A stretch of 64,000 nucleotides of DNA. Origin: Dudresnaya verticillata (lineage: Eukaryota). This document shows positions 1-13,136 of the stretch, piece after piece. Position 1 is the stretch's first letter; the number at the start of each line of letters is the position of its first letter. Location of the stretch: NCBI GenBank assembly GCA_977862235.1, contig OZ374560.1:434001-498000 (forward strand). Reading direction: 5' to 3'. Below the pieces are notes generated by a model. The model did not search any database and had not been told where the DNA came from. It was given only the letters and a program-made list of their open reading frames with translations. A program made the position numbers and the translations under genes.

Positions 1-603
1 AGGCTCTGACCGCTTGCAGATCCGTGAAGCTGTGGTCTTGGAAGCATATCGATCGTCCAGTTTTTCGATCATCTTCTAAGGGTTTCGAACAACAGAACGA
101 ACCACTCGAAGGGGCATGTCTCATAAGTCCTTCATTCATCAGCTCATGATGAAATTGCTTGATTGACGCTGCGCTTTTGGAAAATCTTCTTCTGCAACAT
201 ATTCAGGCCGATCTTCGACTGAATGTGCGACTGACAAGTTCTTGGCATCACAGGCTGCCTCAATTCGAATCTTCCACAGGGAATAGTCGGACTTGTCATC
301 CAACTGCTTCACTTTGAGCTTGTCCGAGTCCGCCATGCTTTACAGGGAAGTTCAATGTCCTAGATGCACGACGCGTTCCTGAAATGGAAGCACTTATTCG
401 ATCCTGTTGGGCCCCATAACCTGTTAGCGGTATTGTATTCTGAATGAATATCTTTTGTTGGTTGTGCTTTTAGAAAAGCACAACAAAAGCTTTTCTTTTG
501 GTCCTTGGGAGGACGCAAGCTCTTTTTTATGTACTACAGAACTAAGCATCTCTTTCTCCGTAATTGTAACTATTGTATTACGGGAGAGTTCCTCTCCGCT
601 ACA
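1..603 (-). mobile_element. 5' end of a Ty1/Copia LTR retrotransposon (LTR about 422-603, PBS 407-421, degenerate gag start); continues beyond the window
   Basis: Minus strand reads ...CCGCTAACA|GGTTATGGGGCCCAA, a copia-type half-tRNA-iMet PBS abutting a CA end. The candidate LTR has imperfect inverted ends TGTAGCGG / CCGCTAACA. Confidence 0.75.
139..336 (-). pseudogene. gag: Copia gag N-terminal fragment with a premature stop
   Basis: KQLDDKSDYSLWKIRIEAAC resembles the Copia gag N-terminal motif (NY..W...M); it lies just downstream of the PBS. Confidence 0.7.
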
Positions 604-795
604 CAAACTAAAATGTTCACTGTGCTAAAGTGACAGCCAGCGATGGCTGATGGTAAAGCTGTTCACGGCAGCGACGTGAGATTGCGCAAATATGGAATCC
701 CTGATAGGTTTTACTACTTTTGGCAGAAATGTTACTTGTACTTCCGTGCAACGAATCAGTTTTCGATCGGGAGCTTCGGTTTCGCATTCTCCCAG

Positions 796-970
796 TGTAG
801 GTTACTCTCCAGCTTCGCACGTACACAAACCCGCGGGACTCGATCCCACGACCTCCATGGCGGACCAAGCAAAAAGACACCAATAAGCTATTGCCGCTTC
901 CCTGTGGATTTTCTTGGTGTAGTGCTGTGATGCCCCCTACTTAAGATCCTACTTCAGTAGGTATCTTCAT
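796..970 (-). repeat. Dispersed repeat copy 1 with a tRNA-like A-box/B-box core
   Basis: Reverse complement aligns by eye with 7005-7182. Core 833-897 reads TAGCTTATTGGT...GAGGTC GTGGG ATCGAGT CCCGC. Confidence 0.7.
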
Positions 971-1415
971 ATCAGAAACTGAAATTGTGGAAAGCCCATC
1001 GGAACCCCTTTTAGACAGAAAATAAACGATACATCCGACATTGTGGATTGCTTGTTCGGAACGTAGAGATTAGGTTTCTAATGGGTCTAGACTCTAGACT
1101 GTAGAGACGCCAGTGGTGAGGAGATAGCGGCCCGATGATGTTAACCTTATGGGCTTATGTACGCTGTGATGATGATGATGAAGAGGTGTGAAGAGTTGGG
1201 TGTGAGAGGGATTTAGAAGATGTCTGCTTGGGGAATGAAGTTGTGAAAAGCATGTGACAATCGAAAGTTTTCTGGATTTCAAAGGGTACTCTCTGTATTA
1301 TTGTGAATTAATCAATGCTGCATTCAGCGTTCCTGGTAGTGTCTAGATGTTGTCCGTATCTTCAAGCCAATAGGGGTGTTTAGGAGAGGATCGAAGAGGT
1401 ATAGAATATTATGCC

Positions 1416-1418
1416 TAT

Positions 1419-1491
<73 letters not shown>

Positions 1492-1505
1492 GTACATATA
1501 CATAC

Positions 1506-1592
<87 letters not shown>

Positions 1593-1606
1593 GTACATAT
1601 ACATAC

Positions 1607-1637
<31 letters not shown>

Positions 1638-1655
1638 TATACATACATATATATA
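1416..1655. repeat. (TATACA)n hexanucleotide microsatellite
   Basis: About 240 bp of ATATAC units, with the variant block CAGTACATATACATACAC at about 1490 and 1591. Confidence 0.97.
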
Positions 1656-4600
1656 GGCATAATAGTCAAAATAGTAATTCAAGCAAGAAGCCTGGTAGAC
1701 AGATGGATGTAGTAAATGCAACGATGTTTCATGTAAACTTATCAAGTGACGCAGTTATCATACTGGTGAGCGATGTGGCCATTTCGGGAGGCATTAGACT
1801 CTATCTCATGTTGTCTTAGCATCCCTCTGTTTAATATTGCTTGTTGCTTTCGTAAGGTAAACAGCGATAGAATACGCGAGCAGTGTGTCGGTACCAGGCC
1901 TCACCCCTTTTTACTGCATGCCCTACGGATCTTGTTATTTTGGTGCGGCGAAGATAATATAAGCGCTTTCGGAGATGCTGCCCTCTCGCAGATATGCAAG
2001 AAAAACAGTGGCTACTAATATTGTTGCTGCGTATTGTACTTTTTTTACATCGAGGCTCATAAGATGAATAAAGATCCGAAGGCTCAGAAGCGCGGGTTCG
2101 GAGGCCACGCTGCCGGGTGCTCTACGCTCGGCCTACGTGCGTTGATTGCTAGGCTGGCATACTCATGGATGTCCGAGGAGATCTGTAACCAAGTTGCGGT
2201 ACGTTGGCGCGCGCCATGGGCTCTCAGAGAATGAGCGCCACGGCCCAGTTCTGCGCACGTCGTAATGTAGCATGTTACTCCACAACTAGCGACACCGACG
2301 CACAGTGCAATGAAGCACTCGAACTAGGTACTATTGCCTACACTCGGAGTAAGGGCCTGGGGAAGGAGGCCGGATCTGTTCCGGATCGCACTTCACGGCG
2401 GCATATGAAATGTTAAGGTTTATTCGACGAGACGGTTGCTTCCTCAACTGTACGCTTAACAAGAAAGTTGAATATACCTTGACAGACGCCATAGCAAACA
2501 TACCGTTGAGAGTAGTTCTCCTTCCTGGTAGGAAGTTGCTACCTCAAGGTTCGACACAACATGCGATACACTAGACTGCAAAGATGAAAATGGACCACAC
2601 AAACGTTATTTATAACAGGATTTTAACTTGGCGATGGGTACAATACTTGCCGGCAGTTATGTCAAGTTTATCCCTTATTTGCTGGACGCGAATCACGCAA
2701 GAGGGACTTCGAGAAGGACCTGCCAGCAAGTTGGACGCAACTGCTTCTTCTTGACGAAGTCGAAATTGCACGCATTTATTATTGCTACTACCAAAACATG
2801 GTTTTCAAGCAAATGACGAAGGATATAGACGCACAAGTTTCTATTCTACGTCCATGGTGTATGTTGAAACATGTATAGTACCTTATGGGTGAGCATCACT
2901 CACTAAGGTACCAACACAATGGCATCCTGGAAAAACGTTAGTGGCGACTTGGGCCTCATGGGGAAAACACTACTGTACTGTAGCGAATCGCAGCGATTAC
3001 AGCGCGAGATAGTTGATGAAGATGGCCTATGCGATATTCTGTCATTAGCAAAAGTGCAGTTCCCTATTTCACGGGGAACGGGAGGAAGCAGAGCGCGACA
3101 CTGCAACTTAGCAACTGTTAACTTAACATTTATGCAAGTACTCAGCTCAGAGTGCAAACGGAGAATGAACGGCTAGAGGCAACAACAATGGAGGGCGGTC
3201 CAGGATTTATGCTATTGTGCAGTACTGTGCAAGTGCGGTTTTGCTACTGCATCCATCTGCTACAATGCGATGCACTGGAACTCAAATGCGTCCCTTTTTG
3301 TCGGCAGAGTATCAATTAATGTGGTGCGCATGTCATGGAGACGCGCTCTGTCATTGGGATTATGTATTTGGTTGAGACGAGTCATTGGCAGCTGCATAGC
3401 TTTATAGTTTTAAGACACCTGCACGAAGATTGCACATGGTGGCCGCGCCCTTACTAATGAAATTTGATTGAACCAGTCGATCCATCTTTTGACCGGTTGC
3501 TGCAGTCGTTATGATCGCACTGTAGCAACTTGCTACTATGCGGCCACACATTTGTATTACAACCTCCTCGATTCTGAGAGGGGCTCGAGCACAACGATAT
3601 TGCTACGCTGCACAGCGGGACAGAAAATTAGGTACTCTTGGCGAGATGAGTGACGAAGTGAGCACAGTCCAAAAGCGCACTACGCTAAACAACAAATAAA
3701 ATACAACAACACTACGAGGGCATGCAGTCGGGCATGCAGTCGAGGAGCACCAAAAACCCTGCTCTTCAGATCCCGCAAAAGTCCAAGGTCAACTACTTTC
3801 TGACGACCGCTTAAGGCCCTGAGCCTCTTGGCGTGCCGCATGACAACTCTACATTTAGGCAAGTCAACTTCCTAGCACCCTGGGGTACAGTACGCCGTCA
3901 ATAATAAGTTCGAATCCTACCATAAAGTTCCCCATCTCTCAATAAACATGAGAAAAAATCTGCCCCATCTTTCAGTAGCACAGCTTCACGCTTCTCGTTT
4001 CTCGGCGCACCAGCTTCCTAAAGTGCGTGCACTTCTGGACCAAAACTTCTGGTCGCTTTCAGTAGTGTACTATATATGTCTACTTCGGAAGACGGTACTT
4101 CAGTACTTAGTTGCTCTTTTTCTTGCTCTAGAGGGCCGAATGAACGTTCTATGATGTGCAGTGCATCTTTAAGCACAGAGTAATTATCGATTCAAGAAAG
4201 ATTACCCCCTTTGAGCAACCTTTCTAGAGAGAAATGAGAAACTTTCTGGGCCTTTTTCTCGACTGCGCTCCATTTAGAGAACCCGGGCTGCATTTGCCAG
4301 CTGTGGGATTTTAATGCCCAAAGGTGTTCGGGATTGCGTTTAAGAGACAGTTCGGTGGGAATGTTTTTCGGCGCTTCCTCTTTTGGTTCGCGCTGTGGTC
4401 TGTGTGACGTCCGGCTAAAACTGATCCTAAAATAGAGCCTCGTCTCTCTTTGATTGTGGAGCTGCACCTCAAAGCGATGTGTATAGACGGTGCCATCAAA
4501 AGTAAGTGATGGGTAGTGGCGTATTTTTTCGACCGGCATGACCCCACCGTACATTGCTTTCAGTGAGATGAAACGCAGAAGGGCCATGGAGATCTGAAAC

Positions 4601-7004
4601 GGTTCAGGAGACACGAAACGCATCTCTCATCACTGATATGTCCTACTCGCAGATATGCAATAATCGGTCCTGCTTTTTGGTGACAGACCAAACAACTGTT
4701 ACAGCATGAGAAACCCATTTTCCGGCGTCATTTCTTTACTTCTAGCTTCTAATGCAGATTTCCTGCTTTCAAAAGGATTATGAGCGAATGGTGCTTAAGC
4801 TATTTATCTGCTGTTAGACACTCTGTGTGAGACAGTCTCTCATATAAAATATCAAAGATGGCTCTTATCAAGAAGGGTCTGAAACAGTAACGGATTGGTG
4901 CAACTCTTGCTGTAGCGATAGGGCTCAAGAGGCACTCGATACCAGTGGTCTGCGTAGTGTGTGTAACAAAGTTTGGATAATCTGAGTTAATGTGCTGCGC
5001 ATCGTGAGAGATAGATAGTAGGAAAGGTAAATCTACCCATGGTTAGAGTAAAGAAGGTAAGGCAAAAGGAAAATGGTCGGCAAAGTTCTGCGTGGATCTC
5101 CCCCTTCGCTCAGGGACCTCAACCTAACAGACCGCCTTTATTGTTCCGATCGGCAGTGGATCCGTCGCCGTCGCCCGGACGCCCGTAGCCAACAGTAGGT
5201 GGAACCCCATGTCCGATCAGACAGATCAGCACACGCAGACAACGTGTGCTGTGCCGCCATGAGTTCAACCGTGGCACAAAATGACATCTACGGTAGTCAT
5301 CAGTGCAGTGACTTAGTCATCTAAAGGCTAATATACAGTATTAAAATGGGGGAGCGACAGGCAGTCGATCTCTTCGGCTGGGTCTGAAAGATTGGCCCAT
5401 TCTCTCATGGGAGAGGATCACTCTATCGGCGATGATTGCCAATACTGCCATCATCAACTTGCGGAGCTCACAATCATATTCATACCCAAGAAACGTATGC
5501 CTCATAGATGAGCTGTATCTACCAGAAGAGCTACAATGACATGTTCGTAAGCTAAGGAGTCTTCTTCCTTACATTGGAATTTTATAAGGGTATCGCCCTT
5601 CAAACAGGAGGAAGGCAAGCAATTGATCCAGGCTGTGCTCCCTGGTTTACATGTTTGACGCTCGATTTTCGAGGCGACTAAATGACCACAGCAAATAATG
5701 ATGCTTACTACCAGTTTCTTTCGCAAGTTCTTCGTGAATGCGTCACAATTTTCCTACTGAAGACAAGGCTAGTGTTCAGGTCTGCATATTGAGTAACGGT
5801 CGTACCCCCTGAACATGTATGGACACCACAAGGAAACCACAAGTTTTTCACTTCTAGCGCTCAAACGTACAGCACACTTCCAATAAATGAATGACCGACA
5901 AGCAAATAATCGAGATATCAGAAGACAAAACACTTTTCCCAGCGTGGGAGGAAGGGAAAAATAACTGAAGTAGTTATGTTCTCTTGATATTTGTATGCTC
6001 ACTCGCAGGATTCTTCGGAGCCTAAACCATTTTCTGGCGTCCACTACTAACGGTCCGACGGCGGGCAGAATGGTCAAGTGAGGAAAGGAGGAAAAATGCT
6101 AGCGCTTTATGGCTGTAGACTGCCTTTTCCCCACTATACAAAGACTTTTTTGACAATAATGTGTGAACGTCGGTTTCTGCCCTTTCGTTTAGCAAGCATC
6201 CCTTTAATAGCAATTTTCAGAGTAAGCCCCTTAAGGGGACTTGATACGCACTGTTTCTAACGCGGCGGTCATCAAGCTTGCGCCTGTTAACCGAAACCGC
6301 GACGCACTGTAATACTAAAGAGGTAAGGCGGGTGAGAAGGGAGATCTTCTCGCTAGATGGGGACGTGCCTTCTTTCTCAGCGAGGAAATTTGTAATGCGT
6401 TGCGCACCGCGATTAAAGCCATGGTGCACATGGCCGATGGAGCCATAGATATCCATAACCATCGGGTGAAGTTCGAAATGGTTGTTTTCGCAGAGGCAAC
6501 GATAGTGGCGGGCTTTTTACGTTTCTCGAGATTGAATCGCAAGATGGGCTCGAGACAGAGCACGGGATAAGGAAGAGTGGGGGGTTACGACCGAGACGTC
6601 AAACGCTTGAGCAGTTGGTGTGAAGCCACGGTCATCATCGAAAACGTACATACGAAGCTGATCACGACGAAGCTCGGGATGTTGGTCAGCGGTGCGATCG
6701 AGGTATCGTTGATCACGTGATCAACGATACCTCGATCGCCCGGTTGCTTGTAGCGCAAAATGATAAAGTGAAGACTCCACCTGCAAAGACAAAGACCAGT
6801 AGATAAATAATGGTACTCAGCGAACCATCGACACGACACCTAAACATGACTCGGATATCAATCTTCGTTGCAATCCGAGACCCGGACAACAAGCACCATT
6901 ATTCCACTCCGAAACTTGGTCCGGAAGCACGGTGGTCATACAGTACTAGACGCCCAGACTATGGCACTTTTCAAAACTTCTCACGCTGTCTCCTGCGTCT
7001 GGGT

Positions 7005-7182
7005 TATGTAGATACCTGTTGAAGTAGGATCGTGAGCAGGGAGCATCACAGTACTACACCAAGCAAAGCCACAAGCAAGCGGCAATATCTTAGTGGTTTC
7101 GTTTTGCTTGGTCCGCGATGGAGGTCGTGGGATCGATTCCCGCGTGTGCGTGTGCGTGCGAAGCTGGAGAGTAGTCTACACT
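7005..7182 (+). repeat. Dispersed repeat copy 2 (inverted relative to copy 1) with a tRNA-like core at 7079-7143
   Basis: GATACC..GAAGTAGGATC...TATCTTAGTGGT...GGAGGTCGTGGGATCGATTCCCGC...GCGAAGCTGGAGAGTA matches the reverse complement of 796-970. Confidence 0.7.
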
Positions 7183-10100
7183 CTGTACCGTTGGCCGTGG
7201 TTGCGTTCACATCTATACATAGATCTACGATGTCAGTTGCAAAGAAAATAGTACCACAACTCTGCAACTGCCGACCTTCGCTCGCCATCCCTTCAGCACA
7301 CGTGTACAATATTGTAATGGGAGGATTCAGGAAATGCTGTACAATTACTGCCCCACTACTCCGCACCCTTTTGGCCAACGAGAAGCCTTTAAAGTGGTGC
7401 CTGTGACTAATCGACGAGAGTGTGGAGGGTCAAGACGCTTCTCGATGACGGATAATGGTGGTGGACATGACTTGTACCCATGAGTATTCCTAGCCGATAA
7501 TATACATGCAGTCTAGACGCTTTGCAATGTTTACAGCTATCAGGTAGTGGGGAGCAAGTTTCGTAGCAATAGGTGATTAACAAAACCGCATCCTGCCTTG
7601 TGTAAACACACTTCTAATTCCTGAGCTCTTCGTGGCGGACGGTGCCTTGCTTGGATGTCAGTTGTACGTCTGGGAGCTCTGTGATACTAGCACCGCCGAA
7701 CTCAATTGCCCGTTTGCTACAGTATCCAACACGGACCCTCGGAATTCTCAGAGATAGAAGTGGGCGGTTACACCCATACTGTACTCCCCAAGGGCGTTTT
7801 GAATATTGGAGAAAGGCTATTTATTAATCATAGCATATGAATAGTAGCAATTGATGCGTTCTGGGGCCAATTCAAATGGAGCAGGAACGGTATAAGAAAT
7901 AAGGTAAATTTTTGGACTTACCGGTTGACTGTTAGGGCAGCTCGAGGCTCTCTTTTCGGCGCTCGGCGGGCTGCGTTGGGCTTCGGCGTCCGCGGTTAAG
8001 CAGAGGGTTTTGCCGTTGAGGTTGATGTCTTCTCCCTACCCGTATCTCTCTCAGTCCGCCGTTTATAGTGTAGAGTAGAGTAGTAGAAGTAAACTAAACT
8101 ACCTAGAATGCTAGCATTTGCGTATGTTCTACTGTAAAAGTAGCTTATTGATGGGTTTTTAGCCTGGTCTATACTACAGCAACTACTCCTTTTCTCCTCC
8201 ATCCCCCCGGACCGGCTTCTAGAAGCTTGCGGTCCTCGTCGCGATGGCCAATTCACCATAATGGCGGCGCTGCTGGCCATCGTCCTCATCACCAGCCTGC
8301 AGAATGCGGCATGGCGGTGATGAAGGACGGCGATAAGGAAGGAGGAGCACACTGTGCTCTCGTGTAAAAATATAAGTCCGAATAGGACAGTAATGAATAG
8401 GGCAATGATGTCCTAAATGTAGTGGTAGTCCGTTACACCAATGGCGGCTATTTTCAATGGGAATTGATGTCTGTCCTCGAATAGCGATACTTCTACTTCT
8501 AATATCGATCTTGACGATAACTGAATACTTGGAAAATACTCTCATCTGAGCCTACAAAGCAAGTAGGGTGAGACGCTTTAGAAACGTGTATCCATGATGC
8601 AGGATGTTGAGCCGCCATTGGCTTCAAACGTGTGGAAGCACAACTTCATTCGAGAGCGAACCCCGCAAAGGAAACCAAAACTACGCAGTAAGGCAGCCAG
8701 CTTGTCGTCTGAGAGGTCATGACCGCGGTTGAAGCCTTCTCGGACGGATACTTATCGAGACCATAAAATTGCTTCATATGCGTACACGGACGGCGTTCTT
8801 CTTCTATGAATCTTGCATCATTGTTTGAAACTATATCGCGTATGTAGATAGGCACTCTTCACTGAAATTCTGTGGTAGTCTTACGAAATGAGAGTACGTG
8901 TTTGCGTTGCAGGCTTCTCAGCGCTAAGAAAAGACGGGCTAATATATACGGGCTACACATTTCTGGGAAAGAATAGACTTATGGTTTGCATGACTGACTT
9001 GGCGGCCGAGACGAGTGGGTGTGGGGTAACGAGACAAGTTTGAAATTATATATCTATCGTAGAAGACATAGAATCGGAAACAATGCTGTTTGTGTTCCGC
9101 ACCATTACTTATTATGCAATACGGAATGAACAACCTTACGATTCGTTTTGAAAAAAGAATCAAAACAATCAACTTCAGGCGGAGAATCTCGCCGAGGTCA
9201 TCCATGCTTTGGGTGTGAAAAGAATGAGCATTTTTCCACCCTTATCGCATATGCAAATGTCTTTCTGGATTCGTATAGTAGGAACATCGGGTAATACACT
9301 ACATCTAACGCCATTCATGATATTTCAAGTGTTGCTTGCAAGAGATTATCGATTAGATATACGTACACCCTCTGCGAACTTCTAACGTACAGATTTTCTT
9401 GTGTTGTAGTCATGCAGTACGATATGCAAGATCATAGCTGGCTAGCCGGGTATTGCATCAGAGAGCTTGTGTCTTACTTAGAATAAGTATGCTGTTTGTA
9501 GTGTTATGAGGGCAAAAGAATTACAAGTACCCGCATTGATGCCTATTGAGCTGCAAGCTTTTACCTCCAAGCCTATCAATTGCTTATAGTATTAAAGTTT
9601 TCTGGATGATTCAAAAGTTGTCTTGAGTATCAGAACGTGTACTGCACCTTCGGCTATCAGTAGCAAAAGCCTTAGCTATTGCATCATTGTAGCCTCGGAG
9701 ACCTTGCACCTGCTCCCTTTTCGAGTTCTTGGATATCTCAGTGGATACTGTGTCAAATGAAAGTTGCACAGGAGGAAATAGACCATGCACAATGCACCAC
9801 TCAAAGCTTACTGGCCTACCATTGCATGTACCAGTCTCAGCTTGTCGTACACAATCTCATAGTTCCAGTCATACCTCAATGAGAAAGCTTGACAGACGTT
9901 TCTACACAAAACCGAATCCTACATCACTACAGACTTGCCGTATCGAAGAAATCCAAAACGGATGCCAGCGATGCGAAAGCGTGAGTTTTGTACCTTGACT
10001 TGTCAGCTCCCCCTCTTGTAGAGTTATATGTAACAGTAGACGATTAAATGGCTGAAACCACCACGTTCTTGTAGGAGGGATTCTCTCGAGTCTTTTTCTT

Positions 10101-10251
10101 GGCGGGCGATTAAACTTTATGTTCTTGCACAAGTTATCATGGTGTTCGGAACGTCAGTGCTCTGCAGGCCTTGTTGGTCAACAGCCTCTCCATTTGCAAG
10201 TCTCATGTCCTCAAAATCCACACCACTAGCGGATCACGTCCCCCCGTTCCT

Positions 10252-10257
10252 TATAAA
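10252..10257 (+). promoter_or_regulatory. Candidate TATA box for the Cys-rich gene
   Basis: TATAAA about 100 bp upstream of ATG 10358. Confidence 0.4.
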
Positions 10258-10357
10258 CAGTCCTTGGCTTCCGGCTCTGGCTACTCCACATCCTCTCAGC
10301 TTTGCTTCACACTCAAAACAGAATCTTTCGGGCCTCATTGTGGGTACCCAGCCAACC

Positions 10358-11092
10358 ATGTTTTGCTTTACAGGTATCGCACTGCTTCTTCTATCGCTCA
10401 CGACATCTACACTGGCAAGAAAAGGGCGGAACCCATGCCATCCCGGGCGCGATGTAGCCTTGTTGGGTGTACCCTGCGAAGGGATAGTACTTCCGCGCAA
10501 GTTTTGCAGGAGTTGTGAGATAGCGGGCTTTGACAATGAAGGATTTTTCAACGACTGTCGCGCCATTTACAACATTAAGGCCCCAGCATGTAAGGCGCAG
10601 CTGGACAAATACGTGCAGCTTAATGAGTGCGACACGGTCCGCAAGAGGCAAGTAGCCAATCTGTCAGATGAGAGCAACAGACTTGCCGTTGACTACTTTG
10701 TGTACTCCATCTGTGAAGAGTGTTGCGATTGCGTTCCAAGTGGTGCAACGTCAGATCAATATGATACTCTCAAGGGTACTAGCCAACTCATCAGTCTCGT
10801 TCGCGGGAACTGCCCAGCACACGCCCGCTTCGACATTTGCCGTATTTGGCCGGAGATAAGGGACTTGACCCTAACTGGAATTCCGCTTCGTTCCAATCTG
10901 CCCAAGATATGTCCGCTTATTGAACAATGGTTTCAATCTCCATTAAGCAAAGGGTGGCTGAGGAACAACAATGTCGTCATTTCCTTTGCTATCAAAAGGT
11001 TTTTGCGAACATTGAACAGGGTTGCGAAATGCCGGGATAAGAAGATATGGCAGCGCTGTGCAGACCTTGAAAGTGCCCAAGAACGCATTTAA
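10358..11092 (+). CDS. Intronless secreted cysteine-rich protein of unknown function (244 aa from ATG 10358)
   Basis: Signal-peptide-like start MFCFTGIALLLLSLTTSTLA; 16 further Cys including CEECCDC; uninterrupted ORF; ACCATG context. The upstream extension to 10139 looks non-coding. Confidence 0.8.
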   Translation: MFCFTGIALLLLSLTTSTLARKGRNPCHPGRDVALLGVPCEGIVLPRKFCRSCEIAGFDNEGFFNDCRAIYNIKAPACKAQLDKYVQLNECDTVRKRQVANLSDESNRLAVDYFVYSICEECCDCVPSGATSDQYDTLKGTSQLISLVRGNCPAHARFDICRIWPEIRDLTLTGIPLRSNLPKICPLIEQWFQSPLSKGWLRNNNVVISFAIKRFLRTLNRVAKCRDKKIWQRCADLESAQERI

Positions 11093-11745
11093 GAAGCAGG
11101 ATCTCAAGATTTCTGGTGCTCGATGATAGAGACAATTTTCATCGGAACTATGCTGTTCTCCTATTGATATTCTTGGTGACCGTATGTCGAGAAAGAGCAT
11201 GCTTCGAGAAACCTCGTGCTGAACCTATTCCTGTTTATCACTTTTTAGTTCTCCCGTTAAGCTTCTTTTCTGGTGAGTTGAGTATCCTGCTTCATCTACT
11301 TCAATCCCGTATGAATCATCCTCCATCACGACTCTTAGTAGGGACAATCTCTTAGTTCATAACTTGCGCCTAAAAGAGGCGTCTAATGTTGGTGCCAGCG
11401 AGCTCAAAATCTAACTGTTAACATCAGGCCTTCTTCATGTCTTTCGCTTTCCATTGTAAAGACAGTTGAAGCATGGATGATCTGCTGGCATCAACACCCG
11501 TTTCTCTATGGTTTTATGATTTACTTGATGAGCATCAGGAAAACAAGCTAATGTTACGAGCTCCTATCTGTGATTTTATTGTAACAGCTGCATTGCTCCG
11601 GTGATATTGTCCTTCACTGCACCACGCAACTATGCCGCGCCGTAGTTTTTCATATCCGATTCCAATCATTGCAGCGTCCTTGACTCCAAAATTGTCGTCA
11701 TGACATCCTTTCGAGCAGCGCGTTGCAGTAGAAACATTAGGGTTT

Positions 11746-12077
11746 TAATAATGAGGAGTGAAACACGTTGTGAGGAAGGAAGATAAGACAAGATGAATGG
11801 ATAGATCAAATAAGAAAGTGTAATTGAATGTGTTATAAAAGTTCTTCTCGTTCTGATGCCTTAGATCAAGAATGAACAAACCATTGAGGGTTCTTATAGA
11901 CTTTCTACTTCTCAGCTTGAGATGGTATTCTAGTAGTTCAGAAAGTCAACAATAATATAGACGTTACTACTGTATAAGTGGAAGTATTGTATCTTAGCAA
12001 TATTGTATTGATCTGATATTGCATGCATGTAATGCAATATCTCTAAGCAAATATCCATCAAGGATACAAGTTAGATA
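11746..12077 (-). repeat. 3' LTR of the Copia element
   Basis: Direct repeat of 16511-16842. Confidence 0.95.
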
Positions 12078-12173
12078 TTACTTCCTTTCTTGAAGTCAAC
12101 CAAGTGATTTGGAAGAGTTACTGTGTATTGCTTTTGTAAACTCACAACAAATCTTGCCGTCGAACATTAATAA

Positions 12174-13136
12174 TTATAGCACATCAACCATTGAACTTCC
12201 GACCTTGGTTAAGGCGTCGGCGACATTGATTGTTCCAGGAATCCAAATGAGGTTTTGCAGTGACTGAGTCTCATAATAATACCGAATAAGTTGAACATCA
12301 GCAAATATTGACTTGTCATTAGGAACATGACATGTAGATAGGGATGAAAAAAGGTCCTTGGAGTCAACCACTACAGAAAGCGCTACGGATCCACAGAGCA
12401 AAATTGAATACGTGGAACTGATAACTCGGCCATCATCTACTGCCTCGCTAGCAGCCAGAATTTCTACAGATGAACTAGATTTTGCTGGTCTTCTTGACAA
12501 GTGAGATTGCCAGCTTAGGACATGATATACAGGCCCTTTTTTGAGATCACCGAAAAGTAAACCTGAAACATAAGCGAGTTGACCATTTTCTGAAGGACTT
12601 CCAGCGTCTGAGAATATTAAAACAGTCAAGGGAAATTCCCCCTTAGCAGGAGTCTTGAAAGTCGTCACGGAACCGACTTTTTGAAGCTTTCGGATAAGAT
12701 GACATTGACGTATCATATCTTGGACTGATAGCGATGAACTGCGTTGTTGGAGATAGCTCGTGTAGAATGCAGCTAACGGACTAACATTTTGCCCTAAAAA
12801 ACCAATGGAACCATTCTTGGATGCATACTGGTGCTTTTCCAGTGTATTAAGTTCTTCATGAACTTGCTTTCGACGGATACGGGTAAATTCATAAGGAGAA
12901 ATATTTTTGAGTTTGGAATCAGCAGATATAGAAACCATACCCTCATTATCTTGTGTAATTTCGAGGCCGAAGAAATAAAATGTCCCCGGTAGATGTACAA
13001 TAGTTCCTAGGGTATAACGTTTTTCAAGTTCCTTGATAAACCATTCTCGAACATGTGACCTTCCAGAAATTAGCAGATCATCCACCACTTTGGCAATCAG
13101 CAGAACAAGGACTTGATTCTCCATTTTGTAGAACAA
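12174..13136 (-). CDS. pol: Copia pol, second part (RT VVDD motif and RNase H) after a 1-nt frameshift
   Basis: KVVDDLL, FFGLEI, FSDAG, SSSSVEILA, VDSKDL, NVADALTK. The frame stays open past the TAA at 12174-12176 to about 12095, suggesting a premature stop. Confidence 0.9.
   Translation of the reverse strand: MFYKMENQVLVLLIAKVVDDLLISGRSHVREWFIKELEKRYTLGTIVHLPGTFYFFGLEITQDNEGMVSISADSKLKNISPYEFTRIRRKQVHEELNTLEKHQYASKNGSIGFLGQNVSPLAAFYTSYLQQRSSSLSVQDMIRQCHLIRKLQKVGSVTTFKTPAKGEFPLTVLIFSDAGSPSENGQLAYVSGLLFGDLKKGPVYHVLSWQSHLSRRPAKSSSSVEILAASEAVDDGRVISSTYSILLCGSVALSVVVDSKDLFSSLSTCHVPNDKSIFADVQLIRYYYETQSLQNLIWIPGTINVADALTKVGSSMVDVL

Noticed and set aside
833..897. Functional tRNA gene (also 7079-7143 and near 30305)
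   Set aside because: No acceptor stem or anticodon arm can be formed, and copy 1 has an internal T run.
1324..1819. ORFs made of YI/HI/CI/YV dipeptides
   Set aside because: Artefacts of the stop-free hexanucleotide microsatellite.
6217..6462. Lipase-like GHVHHGF motif
   Set aside because: Short isolated match with no GxSxG or supporting frame.
8219..8545. Possible RT remnant (VKIDIRS)
   Set aside because: One weak motif with no other RT motifs in register.
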